Shown: in pieces, positions 12,713 to 25,677 of the stretch | How the letters are laid out: the number at the start of each line of letters is the position of its first letter | How positions within the stretch are numbered: position 1 is the first letter of the stretch | Assembly: GCF_001194135.2 (NCBI RefSeq) | Contig: NC_068981.1 | Coordinates: 147,835,424-147,899,423, forward strand | Source: Octopus bimaculoides | Taxonomy: Eukaryota | Direction of reading: 5' to 3' | Length of the DNA stretch: 64,000 nt | Position numbers and translations under genes: made by a program | The notes under the pieces: model-generated | Database searches by the model: none | Seen by the model: only the letters and a program-made list of their open reading frames with translations | Told to the model about the DNA's origin: nothing

Positions 12713-13331
12713 GGATGAAGTTTATCATGGCACCAGCACTAGAGAGGTTGACAGGACTTCGACACAATATGACTAAAAGTTCCTCTTGACCTTATGTTGT
12801 CTCTGCTTATTTGTTAGCCCCTTTACAGAGTGTATTGGCTTTGTTTATTTTATAGCACCGCCACTTGCGAAGTTACCTAGAACTCTGCAAGAGACAAAAG
12901 AATCACTGCAACACTATGTTTTTCCTAATCATTCAGGGCATCATGACCAACACAATGGATACTTGTTTATTGGAGGCAGTCAATGGGCTGCAGACATTAC
13001 AAGGCAGTTTTCAAGGGTTTCTATGGAAAGGAACACTGAAGTCTGTTGAGATTTCAATAAAAAACAATTTATTCTTTTCATACACAAGAAATGATAGTTG
13101 TCGTTAATATTCTTTTATTCTTTTCTTTTACTTGTTTCAGTCATTTGACTGTGGCCATCCTGGAGCACCACCTTTAGTCAAACAAATCTATCCAAGGACT
13201 TATTCTTTGTAAGCCTAGTACTTATTCTGTTGGTCTCTTTTTCTGAACTGCTAAGTTATGAGGACATAAACACACCAACATCGGTTATCAAAGCAATGGA
13301 GAGGGGACAAACAGAACCACACACATACATA

Positions 13332-13362
<31 letters not shown>

Positions 13363-13555
13363 AGGGCGTTAGAAAGAAATTTTCTAGCCTATAAGCTGAG
13401 CAATAGATGTTAAATCATTCCACCACTAAAGAAGTCACAAAAACATGTTGAATTTAACGCAACAAGCCAACGGAAATTATTAATAAAATAGAGAGCCCTG
13501 GATTAGCTAATTTCTGGATCTGCCCCATGGCTTTTCCTTCATCAGTAGGACATAT

Positions 13556-13595
<40 letters not shown>

Positions 13596-14870
13596 TGCTT
13601 CTTTCAGTTGCCATCTACCAAATCCACTCAAAAGGCTATAGCAGTGCCACGCAGTGAGACTGAACCTGGAAACATGTGGTTGGGAAGCAAGCTTCATACC
13701 ACACAGCTTCTCCTGTGCCTGTAATGACAAAACATCAAGAGAGTTTTTGTTCTTTGTGTGGTTATAGCAGCAGAATAAATGTGGTTAGTTGCTTGCTGTC
13801 TACTGACTTCTAATGTCAATTGTCTTCTGACTGTTCATTGCTTTTGTGTTGTTAGCTGTTGTCTGCTGTCTCTGTTGGTCAACCCTTACAGTGTTTGTCA
13901 ATACATTCTCTGCTGTGTTCCAAAGCTCTCTGTCTAGTGTCCATAATGTACTGAATTTAAACTGGTCAATAAGCTCAGAAGGAAGTGCACCAAAAGAAAA
14001 AAAGACATTTCTGAAGCCTATTCGACATGTTGCCATGATTGGTGAGATTTTGTTGATCATGTGGGCAATATTCTAGTGAATTATGATATTGGGCAATTGC
14101 TGAATATTCCTGCTACAGGTTCTTAGTTGATCATAGTTCTTGTACCTGTTTCACATTGGTACTTGCTTTAGTGATTTCTGTTTATCGTACCAAGAAAAAC
14201 ACTAACAAGTTAGCTTCTATGTGGTCACTTGATTTGCTAGGAATAGGAGACAAATCTCCCCCTGCTTCTAACCATTTTTTTTTTAAAGGTAAGATAAACT
14301 GGATGATATAGTTCTAGATAGAGTATATCTGGAAAAAACATCAGGATCACATAGCTGGAAGACTTTTAATAAATCTACTCAGTCAGGATTGACCTGGGGC
14401 TAAGCAGCCACAACAAACAGCTAAATCTTCAAATCACATTCAGTCACTTTTAAAAAGGAAGAATCCATGGGACAATGTAGTTCCAAATATATTGTGTGGA
14501 AGTCCTAAACACCTTAAAATCACACTCCTGCAAATTACTCACTACTTTCTTTAAAAAGGACATATTGGATAATGTAGTCCAAGATATACTATGTCTGAAA
14601 AACTAGAGCACTCTTTGATTATAACAAAACTAGGATCTTTTTTAAAACGGGGGCCACATTTTTCATTAACGAAGCACTTTGAAACTTGGAACACTGGTAG
14701 AATGTGTCATATAAAACATCTTTTTCTCTTAGTCTTCTTAAAAAAAAAAGAAATCCATAAGTTAGTCCATGTTAAAGTTGTCGTATTTCTGTAATTTCAA
14801 CCAATCACTGACGTCCATTCAGCCGATATACATTAAGTGCCGACTACATAAACAAACGATTCTGAAACAA

Positions 14871-14916
14871 TTAACCCTAACCCTAACCCTAGGGTTAGGG
14901 TTAGGGTTAGGGTTAA
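14871..14916. repeat. Interstitial telomeric-type palindrome (CCCTAA)n-(TTAGGG)n
   Basis: Perfect 38-bp palindrome at 14872-14909. 14891-14912 is AGGG(TTAGGG)3. Confidence 0.95.
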
Positions 14917-14957
14917 AGCAAATTTAAAATGAAAAAAGCAAATAAAACGAAGGTATG

Positions 14958-15948
14958 NNNNNNNNNNNNNNNNNNNNNNNNNNNNNNNNNNNNNNNNNNN
15001 NNNNNNNNNNNNNNNNNNNNNNNNNNNNNNNNNNNNNNNNNNNNNNNNNNNNNNNNNNNNNNNNNNNNNNNNNNNNNNNNNNNNNNNNNNNNNNNNNNNN
15101 NNNNNNNNNNNNNNNNNNNNNNNNNNNNNNNNNNNNNNNNNNNNNNNNNNNNNNNNNNNNNNNNNNNNNNNNNNNNNNNNNNNNNNNNNNNNNNNNNNNN
15201 NNNNNNNNNNNNNNNNNNNNNNNNNNNNNNNNNNNNNNNNNNNNNNNNNNNNNNNNNNNNNNNNNNNNNNNNNNNNNNNNNNNNNNNNNNNNNNNNNNNN
15301 NNNNNNNNNNNNNNNNNNNNNNNNNNNNNNNNNNNNNNNNNNNNNNNNNNNNNNNNNNNNNNNNNNNNNNNNNNNNNNNNNNNNNNNNNNNNNNNNNNNN
15401 NNNNNNNNNNNNNNNNNNNNNNNNNNNNNNNNNNNNNNNNNNNNNNNNNNNNNNNNNNNNNNNNNNNNNNNNNNNNNNNNNNNNNNNNNNNNNNNNNNNN
15501 NNNNNNNNNNNNNNNNNNNNNNNNNNNNNNNNNNNNNNNNNNNNNNNNNNNNNNNNNNNNNNNNNNNNNNNNNNNNNNNNNNNNNNNNNNNNNNNNNNNN
15601 NNNNNNNNNNNNNNNNNNNNNNNNNNNNNNNNNNNNNNNNNNNNNNNNNNNNNNNNNNNNNNNNNNNNNNNNNNNNNNNNNNNNNNNNNNNNNNNNNNNN
15701 NNNNNNNNNNNNNNNNNNNNNNNNNNNNNNNNNNNNNNNNNNNNNNNNNNNNNNNNNNNNNNNNNNNNNNNNNNNNNNNNNNNNNNNNNNNNNNNNNNNN
15801 NNNNNNNNNNNNNNNNNNNNNNNNNNNNNNNNNNNNNNNNNNNNNNNNNNNNNNNNNNNNNNNNNNNNNNNNNNNNNNNNNNNNNNNNNNNNNNNNNNNN
15901 NNNNNNNNNNNNNNNNNNNNNNNNNNNNNNNNNNNNNNNNNNNNNNNN
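14958..15948. other. Assembly gap (others: 18967-19104, 20100-20376, 25710-26290, 36728-37290, 38027-38036, 42693-42915)
   Basis: Runs of N, mostly bordered by microsatellites. Confidence 1.
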
Positions 15949-16935
15949 TTATTATTATTATTATTATTATTATTTTCTTTCTTTCAGTATTTGCATTAGT
16001 TGGTACTTAGAAAGACAGGGGGAGGGGAGTGTGTGTGTGAGTGCATGTGTTTTTCCTCTCTCAGTCTGTTTAAATATTTTCCTTAAATTGCAAAGTCTTC
16101 AATACATTTTTTCTTTGTTTTGTTTTTTTTCACTTTCAGTTGAGAAGAATTTCTGTGAAGCTACATAAACATTCAAGAGACAGTAAACAATAAATTTGCT
16201 ACGCACTCTTTAATGATGGTGGTGGTGGTGGTGGAATAGGGGTGTCTGGTGAAAAGAGTTTAAAACTAAAAACTTGACAAATTAGAGATATTTTCAGTTG
16301 CACTTGAAAGTAACCGTCAGTATTAACAATTGTGAAGTATTCAATATTTTAACACTCTCTCTAACATTGAATGCACAGTAGTTAGCAGACATGTAAGTCA
16401 AATCTGGACCAAATTCTTTATACAATGGAAATGGGGCAATACCAGGGCTGTCTTAGTAACAGTAGAAGTAACCAGGCAAATCAATGCACAGAACCCTCAT
16501 CATCATCATTTAATGTCTGTTGTCCATGCTGGCATGGGTTGGACGGTTTGACTAGGGATGGTAAACTGAGGGGCTGCACCAGACTCCAGTTTGATTTGGC
16601 ATGGTTTCTACAGCTGGATGCCCTTCCTAATGCCAACCACTCCAAAACTGTAATGAGTGCTTTTACGTGCCACTGACATGGGTGCCAGTCTGTCATGACT
16701 ATGATTTCAGCTGGCTTGATGGGTGTTCTACTCAAGTGTGGTATATTGTCATTTGTCATTGCCTCCATGAGGCCCAACACTTGAAAGGTGCTTTTTACGT
16801 GCCACTGGCACAGGTGCTTGTTACACAGTACTGGCACCAACCTCATTTATCGACAGTAATCGACAGCATAAATACATCAGAATTGGGCCCCTAGAAGCAT
16901 GAGGCCTTTAGGCAACTGTCTAATTTGTCCATACC

Positions 16936-17146
16936 TTAACCCTTTAGCATTTAAACCATATCTGGCCCAAATATCTTAAATGTTTTATCTTCAAACTGGT
17001 CCAATCCAGGCTCTCATACCTACCGTGCAATGTCATTCTAGAAGTCAATCATAACTTTGAAATCTCAAAGGTACAAAATAATACAGGATTAACTTTAAAG
17101 AGTTTGACTAAATAAGCATTACATTTGACAAAGTAATCTGAATGCA
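16936..17146 (+). mobile_element. TTAA-CCC-ended non-autonomous element (piggyBac-like MITE), 3'-truncated
   Basis: Starts TTAACCCTTTAGCATTTAA. Homologous to 40682-40870 and, inverted, to about 44455-44820. Confidence 0.55.
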
Positions 17147-18461
17147 AGATTCAAGACAGTACTGGACAATACCATATAAGGAAAGCTCAATGTGGTTGTT
17201 CAATCTGCTTGAAATAGCAGCTAGATTCCTCTCAAACTTTACCTTAAAAAATTATACCTTAGCCATCACTTGCAGGTGAGTATGAGCTGGTAGCTTGTGT
17301 TACTACACTTTCACTAATTGATTTAAGTGCCTATGTTGTCATGAGTGGACATAGACACACTTTCTCAGTCCTTCCACCCATAAACCAGGGGAACATTAAG
17401 GATGTGACAGCTGGAGGTAAAGATAGAGATCTGCACTTGCAGTTGGCTGTTACTCCTTTTGAGCTGAATAGGCTGGAATAATGTGAAATAAAGTGCCTTG
17501 CTTAAGGAAACAATGAGTTACCTAGCCCAGGAAGTGAACCAAAGACCTTTTGATCACAATCTCAACATCTTAAGCCACATGACTAGTGAAAGATATAGCA
17601 AGTAATGTAGTCAGATAATGTAATCTTAGATAAATTGTTTGAAAATAAAATGGGGTTTTCATAACTGGAATATATTACTCATAGATATGCTTGATCAGTT
17701 CTGATATGGGGAATAACAATAACAGACATACATAAATGTCTATAAAATGATCAGATTTACAAACCTACTAATGATGAGGCTAAGATGCTGGTAAAATGAA
17801 AAGAAATTTGTAAAATATTAAAGTTCTTGAAAATAATTAAGATTTTCAGCGATTTAAGGTGTGTGTTTGTGTGTGTGTGTAAATAACCTGCAGACAAAGT
17901 CATTGGAAAATGGTCAAAAAAATGCCATTGATCTAAATTGTTGACCTTTGAATACCTACCTAATTTAATAGGATAATAAAAAAGAAGACAGATTGTTTTC
18001 AATTTTATGCAGAAAATCTATCTTGGAAGAAAAATTTAAATATCTTAGCTGAAGGCAAAATGTTTTGGGAATGTCAAAGCTTTAGTAAAACTTTGTTTAC
18101 AATCAATTTTTATATGGTGACATTTTGGTTGCATATAAACCTTTCATGCTTAGACATTTTACTTTTTATTTAGATAGCAAAGAAAATTTAAAGTTTTCTA
18201 CCAGGAGACATTTGGGTATATGGCATAGAGTGTGTGGGTAATACATTTGCTTTGAGATTGACACTTTGAGTAAGTATGTTCTACAATTGTACTATTGCCT
18301 AGTATTCACTATTGCCTTGTGAGTGAAATTTGATAGACAGAAATTATGTTGAAGCCTGTTACATACACACACACACACACATATATATATGTAACTTATT
18401 TCTCTCTGTCACTTTCTTAGCGTGTGTATGTGTATGCATGTGTGCATGTATGTATGACTAG

Positions 18462-18644
18462 TTTCAAAAAACCTGCAAGTCACATGGAGAATTGAAGCAA
18501 CACTTGAACATTCATAATAAATAAGCAGAAAATGGAGCCAATGCTCAAATGAGACATTGCTGCAATATATGTGGTCAGCTCTTCAAATTCTTTTCAGGAA
18601 TCAAAAGTCATTTAAGATCTCATGCTAAGAAAGAGGAATTATAG
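18462..18644 (+). pseudogene. Degenerate tandem C2H2 zinc-finger fragment (probably a LINE ORF2 C-terminus)
   Basis: One frame reads FQKTCKSHGELKQHLNIHNK*AENGANAQMRHCCNICGQLFKFFSGIKSHLRSHAKKEEL*. It has one complete CxxC-12-HxxxH finger, one partial finger and an internal stop. It is below the ORF-track cutoff. Confidence 0.7.
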
Positions 18645-21600
18645 GTACAAAACGTCAAGCTATGCAAAGAGCAGACATTCACCATGCATGCATGCATACA
18701 TACATAACCTGCTTCTTTCATTGGGCTGTGGCCATGCTGGAACACTGCCTTGAAGGATTTAAGTTAAACAAACTGGTCCCAATACTTATTTTTCTTTTTT
18801 AAAGTCTGGTACTTATTTTACCAGTCTTCTGCTAAATTGCTAAGTTACAGCAAACAAACCTACAGCAATTTTCAGGTGGTAGGAGGAGAAGCTGAACACA
18901 CACACATACACACACACACACACATACACACACACACATACACACACACACGATGATCTTCTATACNNNNNNNNNNNNNNNNNNNNNNNNNNNNNNNNNN
19001 NNNNNNNNNNNNNNNNNNNNNNNNNNNNNNNNNNNNNNNNNNNNNNNNNNNNNNNNNNNNNNNNNNNNNNNNNNNNNNNNNNNNNNNNNNNNNNNNNNNN
19101 NNNNGGGGGCTATAGTAAAAAACTCACTATGGAGCCCATAGGTGCTACATAGGGAGATTGAACCTGAAACCACATGGCTGCAAAGTGAGCTTCTTAACCA
19201 CACAGTCATGCCTGTACCTATAAAATGATGACCAGGAAATGAAACCACAACTTTATGATCCTGAGCTAACTCACAAACCACTGGGCCTTGTGTGCGTTTA
19301 GTTGAAAAAAGAGTTTCTTAAATTACAAGTAATCTATTATACAAAAAAGATTTTTTAATAAAAGCAGAAAGACACAGACCTGATGGAAGGAAGTTTTTGT
19401 GTAAGTGCTTTCGCTGTTTTCAGCTTTTCAAACACTTGTGTTAATCAGCTTTTTTAAAAGATTTTTCAAATAATTAATAATTTTTGGTTTAAAAATCTCT
19501 TTTTTCAAATATTGTGACCAAAATTTAAATATGTGTGTAAGCATATGTATGCATGTATATGTGTGTGAGTGTGCATTCCCTTTGTTTTGACATGATTCTA
19601 AAAGAGTCACTGTTAATACAAACAGCATCATTTGTTTACAATTTTCCTAAAAGCATATCTAGCCTGTTTGTGATTTGATAGACTAGAGGAAAATTTACTT
19701 TGTTGTGAATGTTGGTGACAAGAGGAGCATCCAGTCATAGAAAATTCTGCTTCATCAAAGTCTTCTCTGATGATATATTTACATTTAAATTGATATACCT
19801 TGTAGTAGTTATAACCAACTGAATTATTTATTTTTATGCCTCTGTTCACTTTGTATTTTATATATTACAAGAAAAATGAAAATAGCACCATATAGTACCA
19901 GGGAGTTGATATTATCCTCTGAAAGCCCTTGAAGTTTGTGCTCCAGCATGACCACAATTCACTAATTGAAAACAGTAAAAGAAGAAAAAAGGTAATGTTT
20001 CATATACCCTTTTACTCTTTTACTTGTTTCAGTCATTTGACCGTGGCCATGCTGGAGCACTGCCTTTAGTCGAGCAAATTGACCCCAGCACTTATTCTTN
20101 NNNNNNNNNNNNNNNNNNNNNNNNNNNNNNNNNNNNNNNNNNNNNNNNNNNNNNNNNNNNNNNNNNNNNNNNNNNNNNNNNNNNNNNNNNNNNNNNNNNN
20201 NNNNNNNNNNNNNNNNNNNNNNNNNNNNNNNNNNNNNNNNNNNNNNNNNNNNNNNNNNNNNNNNNNNNNNNNNNNNNNNNNNNNNNNNNNNNNNNNNNNN
20301 NNNNNNNNNNNNNNNNNNNNNNNNNNNNNNNNNNNNNNNNNNNNNNNNNNNNNNNNNNNNNNNNNNNNNNNNNNNNACAGGCTTCTTTCAGTTTCTGTCT
20401 ACCAAATCCACTCACAAGGCTTTGGTCGGCCTGAGGCTATAGTAGAAGACACTTGCCCAAGGTGCCACGCAGTGAGACTGAACCCGGAACCATGTGGTTT
20501 GTAAGCAAGCTACTTACCACACAGCCGCTCCTCTTAAAATTAAGGGAAACTTAGTCATTTTTTTTTTTTCATGTGCAAAGAAAAATACAATTTAATGTTA
20601 TCTATCTCTGAAGTAAAGGAAATTCTAATACTACATTTTTTCTTGCTATGTCCTAAATATATTTTACTTTATCATACAAAAAGATTGAAGGAGAAAAAAA
20701 TAAGTGAAAAAAAGGAAACAAGTTTAGTGGTAAACACAAGTTTAATACTATGATATAATTTTATACCAGCATCTTCTGCATGTTTATAATAAAGACCAAA
20801 TATGTTTTTGTTGCATCTAGGCTTGGTTACTGATTTGCATCATGTCTGTCAGTGCAGGAATGAAATGTTTACAGTAGGCAAAGACAGGGTTTATAAATAT
20901 AGGATGTTAAGCCATAGTTTGTGTGGGTGTGTGAGAGAGAGAGAGAAAGAGAGAGAGTGTGAGAGAGATAGCAGAATGTCTTATTGCCTTATATGATCTG
21001 TTTATAGCAAGTGAAATATTTATTGTAATAATAATAACGTCCACTCTCACAGAATCAACCTGAGCAAGTAAGCTCTGAGAAGTAAAATAATAATATTAAT
21101 AATAATAATAATAGTGTTGGAATTAGGGGTGGTTTTGAAGAAGAAGTTTAAAGTGCAATATTAATGCTGGATTCTCTCACCAGCACAAGGTCACAAGTTT
21201 TAGTGGGGAGGCACAACCTCAGTGATTGCGTATTGCTTGTTTTATTGTCCCCAGAAAAATGAAAAGCCAATGCTGGCAGGATTTAAACTTATAACTTAGG
21301 GATGTAACTAAATACTGAGGTATTTTATCTGGTACCCTATCAATTTTGCCATGATTATTACTAATTATATAATGGCAGTGAGCAGGCAGAATCATTAGCA
21401 TGGTGGGCAAAATGCTTGGAGGTTATTTTGTCCATCTTTACATTTTGAGTTCAAATTCTGCTGAGGTCGATTTTACCTTTCATTGTTTCTGAGTTGATAA
21501 AATAAGTACTAGTTGAGCACTGGAATTGATGTAATCAACTTAACCTCTTCCCTGAAATTGCTGGCCTTGTGTCAAAATTTGAAGCCATTATTACTAATAA

Positions 21601-21736
21601 CAATCCTGACTCATTATGTTGTCCAACCCATGCCAGTGTGGAAAGTGGACGTTAAATTATTATGATGATGATATGTTTTGAGTTCAAGTTCTTCCAAGGT
21701 CAACTTTGCCTTTCATCATTTCAGGATTGATAAAAT

Positions 21737-22547
21737 AGGGCTAATGCAGTTTCGCACCTCTCCTTGAAAAATACATTTTTTTTAAAGACTTTTTCAGATT
21801 CCTACGTTTTAGATGTTGGAGATTACGAATATGCAAAAGAAAAAAAATCCCACCCCCACTCCCATTTAAAATTTCGAACCTTTACGAAATTTTTTTTCCC
21901 CTATGTTTTAGATGACGGAGATTCTGAATATGCAAGAAACCACGCTTTCAAAATTTTAAATTCAATAAGCATATAGATATGTGTATAAAGAGGTAGATAG
22001 ATCTGAATTTCTTCCTGGAGCTAAAAACAACAGTAACACTGTCTTCTATAGGACCACCACATTTAGTTGACAAATATATTTTATGAATAAACGGACAGAG
22101 ATAAATAGATAGACAGTAAATAAATAAATGGATGGAAAAGTTCAAAATTTAAAATTTGGGGGAAGGAGTGAAATTTGAGCCCCTTATTAAACTTTATAAC
22201 ATTAATTATTAAACATTAATGTTTGTTTCTCATATAATGGTGTATATTTAATTTACATTAAATTATTATTTACGATTATTTAAGGCAAACACAAGTAAAA
22301 CGCACATTCTTTTCACTTTAATGTTTTTGTCTGGATTTAATTTCGATTTGCATATGTTCGTTAATTCGCTACAATCTCTTTAAACAAAATCAAAAATTTT
22401 AATTCGGGTGGGGGGGCGTGAAATTAAAAGAAATTTTTTCTTTTTTTTTGCATATTTGTAATCTCTGGCATCTAAAACGTAGGGATCCAGTAAAGTTTCA
22501 AAAAGAAATGTATTTTCCAAGGAGAGGTGCAAAACTGCATTAGCCCT
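21737..22547. mobile_element. 811-bp long-TIR non-autonomous DNA transposon with 8-bp TSD, nested in a SINE
   Basis: About 110-bp TIRs starting AGGGCTAATGCAGTTT. Perfect TSD GATAAAAT at 21729-21736 and 22548-22555. Removing the element restores the host SINE. Confidence 0.88.
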
Positions 22548-24414
22548 GATAAAATGAGTACCAGCTGAGCACTGCGGTTGATGTACTTGACTTATTTCGC
22601 TCTACTAAAATTGCAGGCCTTGTGCCAAAATTAAAAGGAATTATTATAGATTATAATTTAATAGATTGGCACATAGCCACAAATTAATGTAATAAGGAAG
22701 AGTTAATTAAATCAAATATAGTACTTGGCTGATATATTTCATCAACCCCTAAATTGATGAAATGCAATCATTATCATTTGACAACTCTGGTTAAGACAAA
22801 CTCCATGATTCTGCATAAGCACATCAATGTCTCACACTTTATATCCCAAATCTCTGGCGATGATATCCAGTCACACATAAACCTGTGTCTTCTTCCACCA
22901 ATTGCTGCTGTCCCCAAAGCATTATGTTTGAAAGAGCAATTTGAATGCTAAACGGTTAAAGTTGACTACGACTGATTAGACTTATGCTCAAACGTGTCCC
23001 AGTTCACCCATTTACCAACTTGTTCTTCTTCTGAGCATTATATATCTACGACTACATTATCCATAATAACAAGCTGTTATTTGAGGGAGATTTGGCTGGT
23101 ATTTCTAGCTTTCTTTTTGTTCTCAAGCAATACCCAGTAAGTTGCACTCTACATTGCCTTACTGTTTGTAAGATGAATGGTAAAGCCAAACATAGTGGGA
23201 ATTGATCTCATAATGTATACACTCAAGAAACACTATCAGTTTATAGCACTTTTTGTCTTCTCTTGTTTCACTCATTGGACTGTGGTCATGCTGAGGCACC
23301 ACTTTGAAAGGCTTTGATTGAAGAAGAAATCAACCCCAGAACATTTTTTTTTAAGTCTGGTGCTTAGTCAATCAGTCTCTTTAGCGGCACTGCCATGTTA
23401 CAAGGACATTAAAAAAACTAACACCAGTTGTTAAGCAGTGAGGAGAGGGACAAATACAGATACAAAAACAACACACACACAAACACATGATAGGTTTCTA
23501 TGTTGTTTCCAACAGCCAAATTCACTCACAAGGCATTGGACAGGTTGAGGTGAATATAGAAGACATTTGTCCAAGGAGCCGTGCGGTGGGACTGAAATTG
23601 AAATCATGTGATTGGAATGTGAGCTTCCTAACCACATAGTAATGTCTACACCTCTGCTAAAATATCTTTTGAGTGTCTGCTGAAATATGAAACAGGAAGC
23701 TCTAATGTCAGTGACTTAGCAAGCAAATGGTTTACTTCAGTCCTAAACTTCAGTATTTACATGAATAACCTAGCCAAGAGCAGAATTTTCTTTTTCTTTT
23801 TTTCACATAACAAAAATATGTTCTCCACCACCATCACCATTTCCTTATATACACACATACATACACTCATGTGCAGACAATCACAAACACGCGCACAAAT
23901 ACAGAATGTTCTGTTTATTTCTGTTCAAGAGTGAGTACACATAGCATTTTGAGTCAACAAGGGAATTTCTATGTGGTCTTTCAGCCTACTAGAAATAACA
24001 GTCAATTCTCCCTCAAATTATTCTGTAGTGCTCTTCAAATATGAAGAAGGCTTTGAATGATATTGCTTTCAATGATTTATATCCAAAATGGATGGAAAAG
24101 TTATGCCTGAAATGTCTGCAGAGATCAACATTACAGACAGATGCACACACATACAATATGTAATATATACATATTTGCACACAAAGATACATATTTTATA
24201 CCTTTTTAATTTTATTTGTTCCAGTCAATAGACTGTGGCCATGCTGGGGTACCACCTTGAAAAATTTTTAGTCAAATGAGTCGACCCCAGTACTTACTTT
24301 TTTTAAGCCTGGTACTTATTTCATTGGTCTCTTTTGCCGAACCAGTAAGTTATGGGGATGTAAACACCAATGCCAGTTGTCAAGTGGTGAAAGGGCACAA
24401 AGACGCACACAAAG

Positions 24415-24445
<31 letters not shown>

Positions 24446-24776
24446 TAGGAAGGGCATCCAGCCATAGAAAACTATGCCAAATCAGACTGGAATCTTGGTG
24501 TAGCCTTCCAGTAAGCCAGCCCTGATCAAACCATCCAACTCATGCCAGCATCGACAATGGACGTTAAATGATGATGATGATGATCATCATCATCATCATC
24601 GTTTAACGTCCGCTTTCCATGCTAGCATGGGTTGGACGATTTGACTGAGGACTGGTGAAACCGGATGGCAACACCAGGCTCCAGTCTAATTTGGCAGAGT
24701 TTCTACAGCTGGATGCCCCACACATAATACATGTATATACATATCTACAATATACATTTCTATATATATATATGTA

Positions 24777-24818
<42 letters not shown>

Positions 24819-24820
<2 letters not shown>

Positions 24821-25677
24821 GTGTGGTGAATATATTGTCGTCTGAATTAAGCAAAAATGAAAATAACACTGGCATCTCATTTTAACAGATATATTCACCA
24901 AAATTACATAAAAATATCTTGAAATACTAAAGAATAAGTTTATTCAATAAAATCACCATTTGCTTCAACCAAAGCCTCCAGATGACTTCAGTATCTCCTG
25001 CCACTCTTCTGGATGGTCTCCTTGTTTGAATTGGTGAATGCTGCCATAATCCTTGCCTTCAGTTCATCTTTGGCATTACAAGGAGTTTTGTTGGTCTCTC
25101 GCTCAACTGCGCTCCACACAATAATCAAGGAGGTTGCAGTCTGGGGAGTTAGGTGGCCAGATGTTAGGGGTGATGTGATCACAGAAATTGTCTGACAGCC
25201 ATGACTGGGTTCTTCTGCTTGTGTGGCATGGTGCAGAGTCCTGTTACCAGAAATAACGTTTTCCAGTAGTGACCCTCTTGACCCAGGGCAGCACTACCTC
25301 CTCCAGGCACTTGATGTAGGCCTCCATGTTGAGCCTGAGACCGTGTGAGAAGGTGAATGGAGGCATAATGTTGCCATCACTAGTGATCACTCCAAATACC
25401 ATAATGTTGACTTGATGTTTAAGTTTATTGCTCTTGTTACATGCACTGTCCTCAGATTGACACCCAAACATTGGAGCTTCCGGTGTGAATGCCAAGCAGT
25501 ACAGCATATGGCTTCCAAATTTCTGGAAGAGTGAATTGCGTCATGGTGCTGTTTTTCTCACCAATGGTGCCCAACTGACCCTCCTATACTATGTAGTCGA
25601 CAAAATCAAAAAGAAACAATGTGCATGCATGAAAAATTAGAAATATAAAATGGTGACAATTTGCTCATCACACCATG
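24819..25677 (-). mobile_element. Second copy of the deleted DD37D element
   Basis: Same TIR, TA at 25678-25679. Peptide NIMVFGVITSDGNIMPPFTFSHGLRLNMEAYIKCLEEVVLPW followed by QDSAPCH and WPPNSPDCNLLDY. Same deletion junction as the 58980 copy. Confidence 0.88.

Noticed and set aside
14871-14916. Ancestral telomere-telomere fusion site
   Set aside because: Polarity is (CCCTAA)n then (TTAGGG)n, the reverse of a fusion scar, and the tract is very short.
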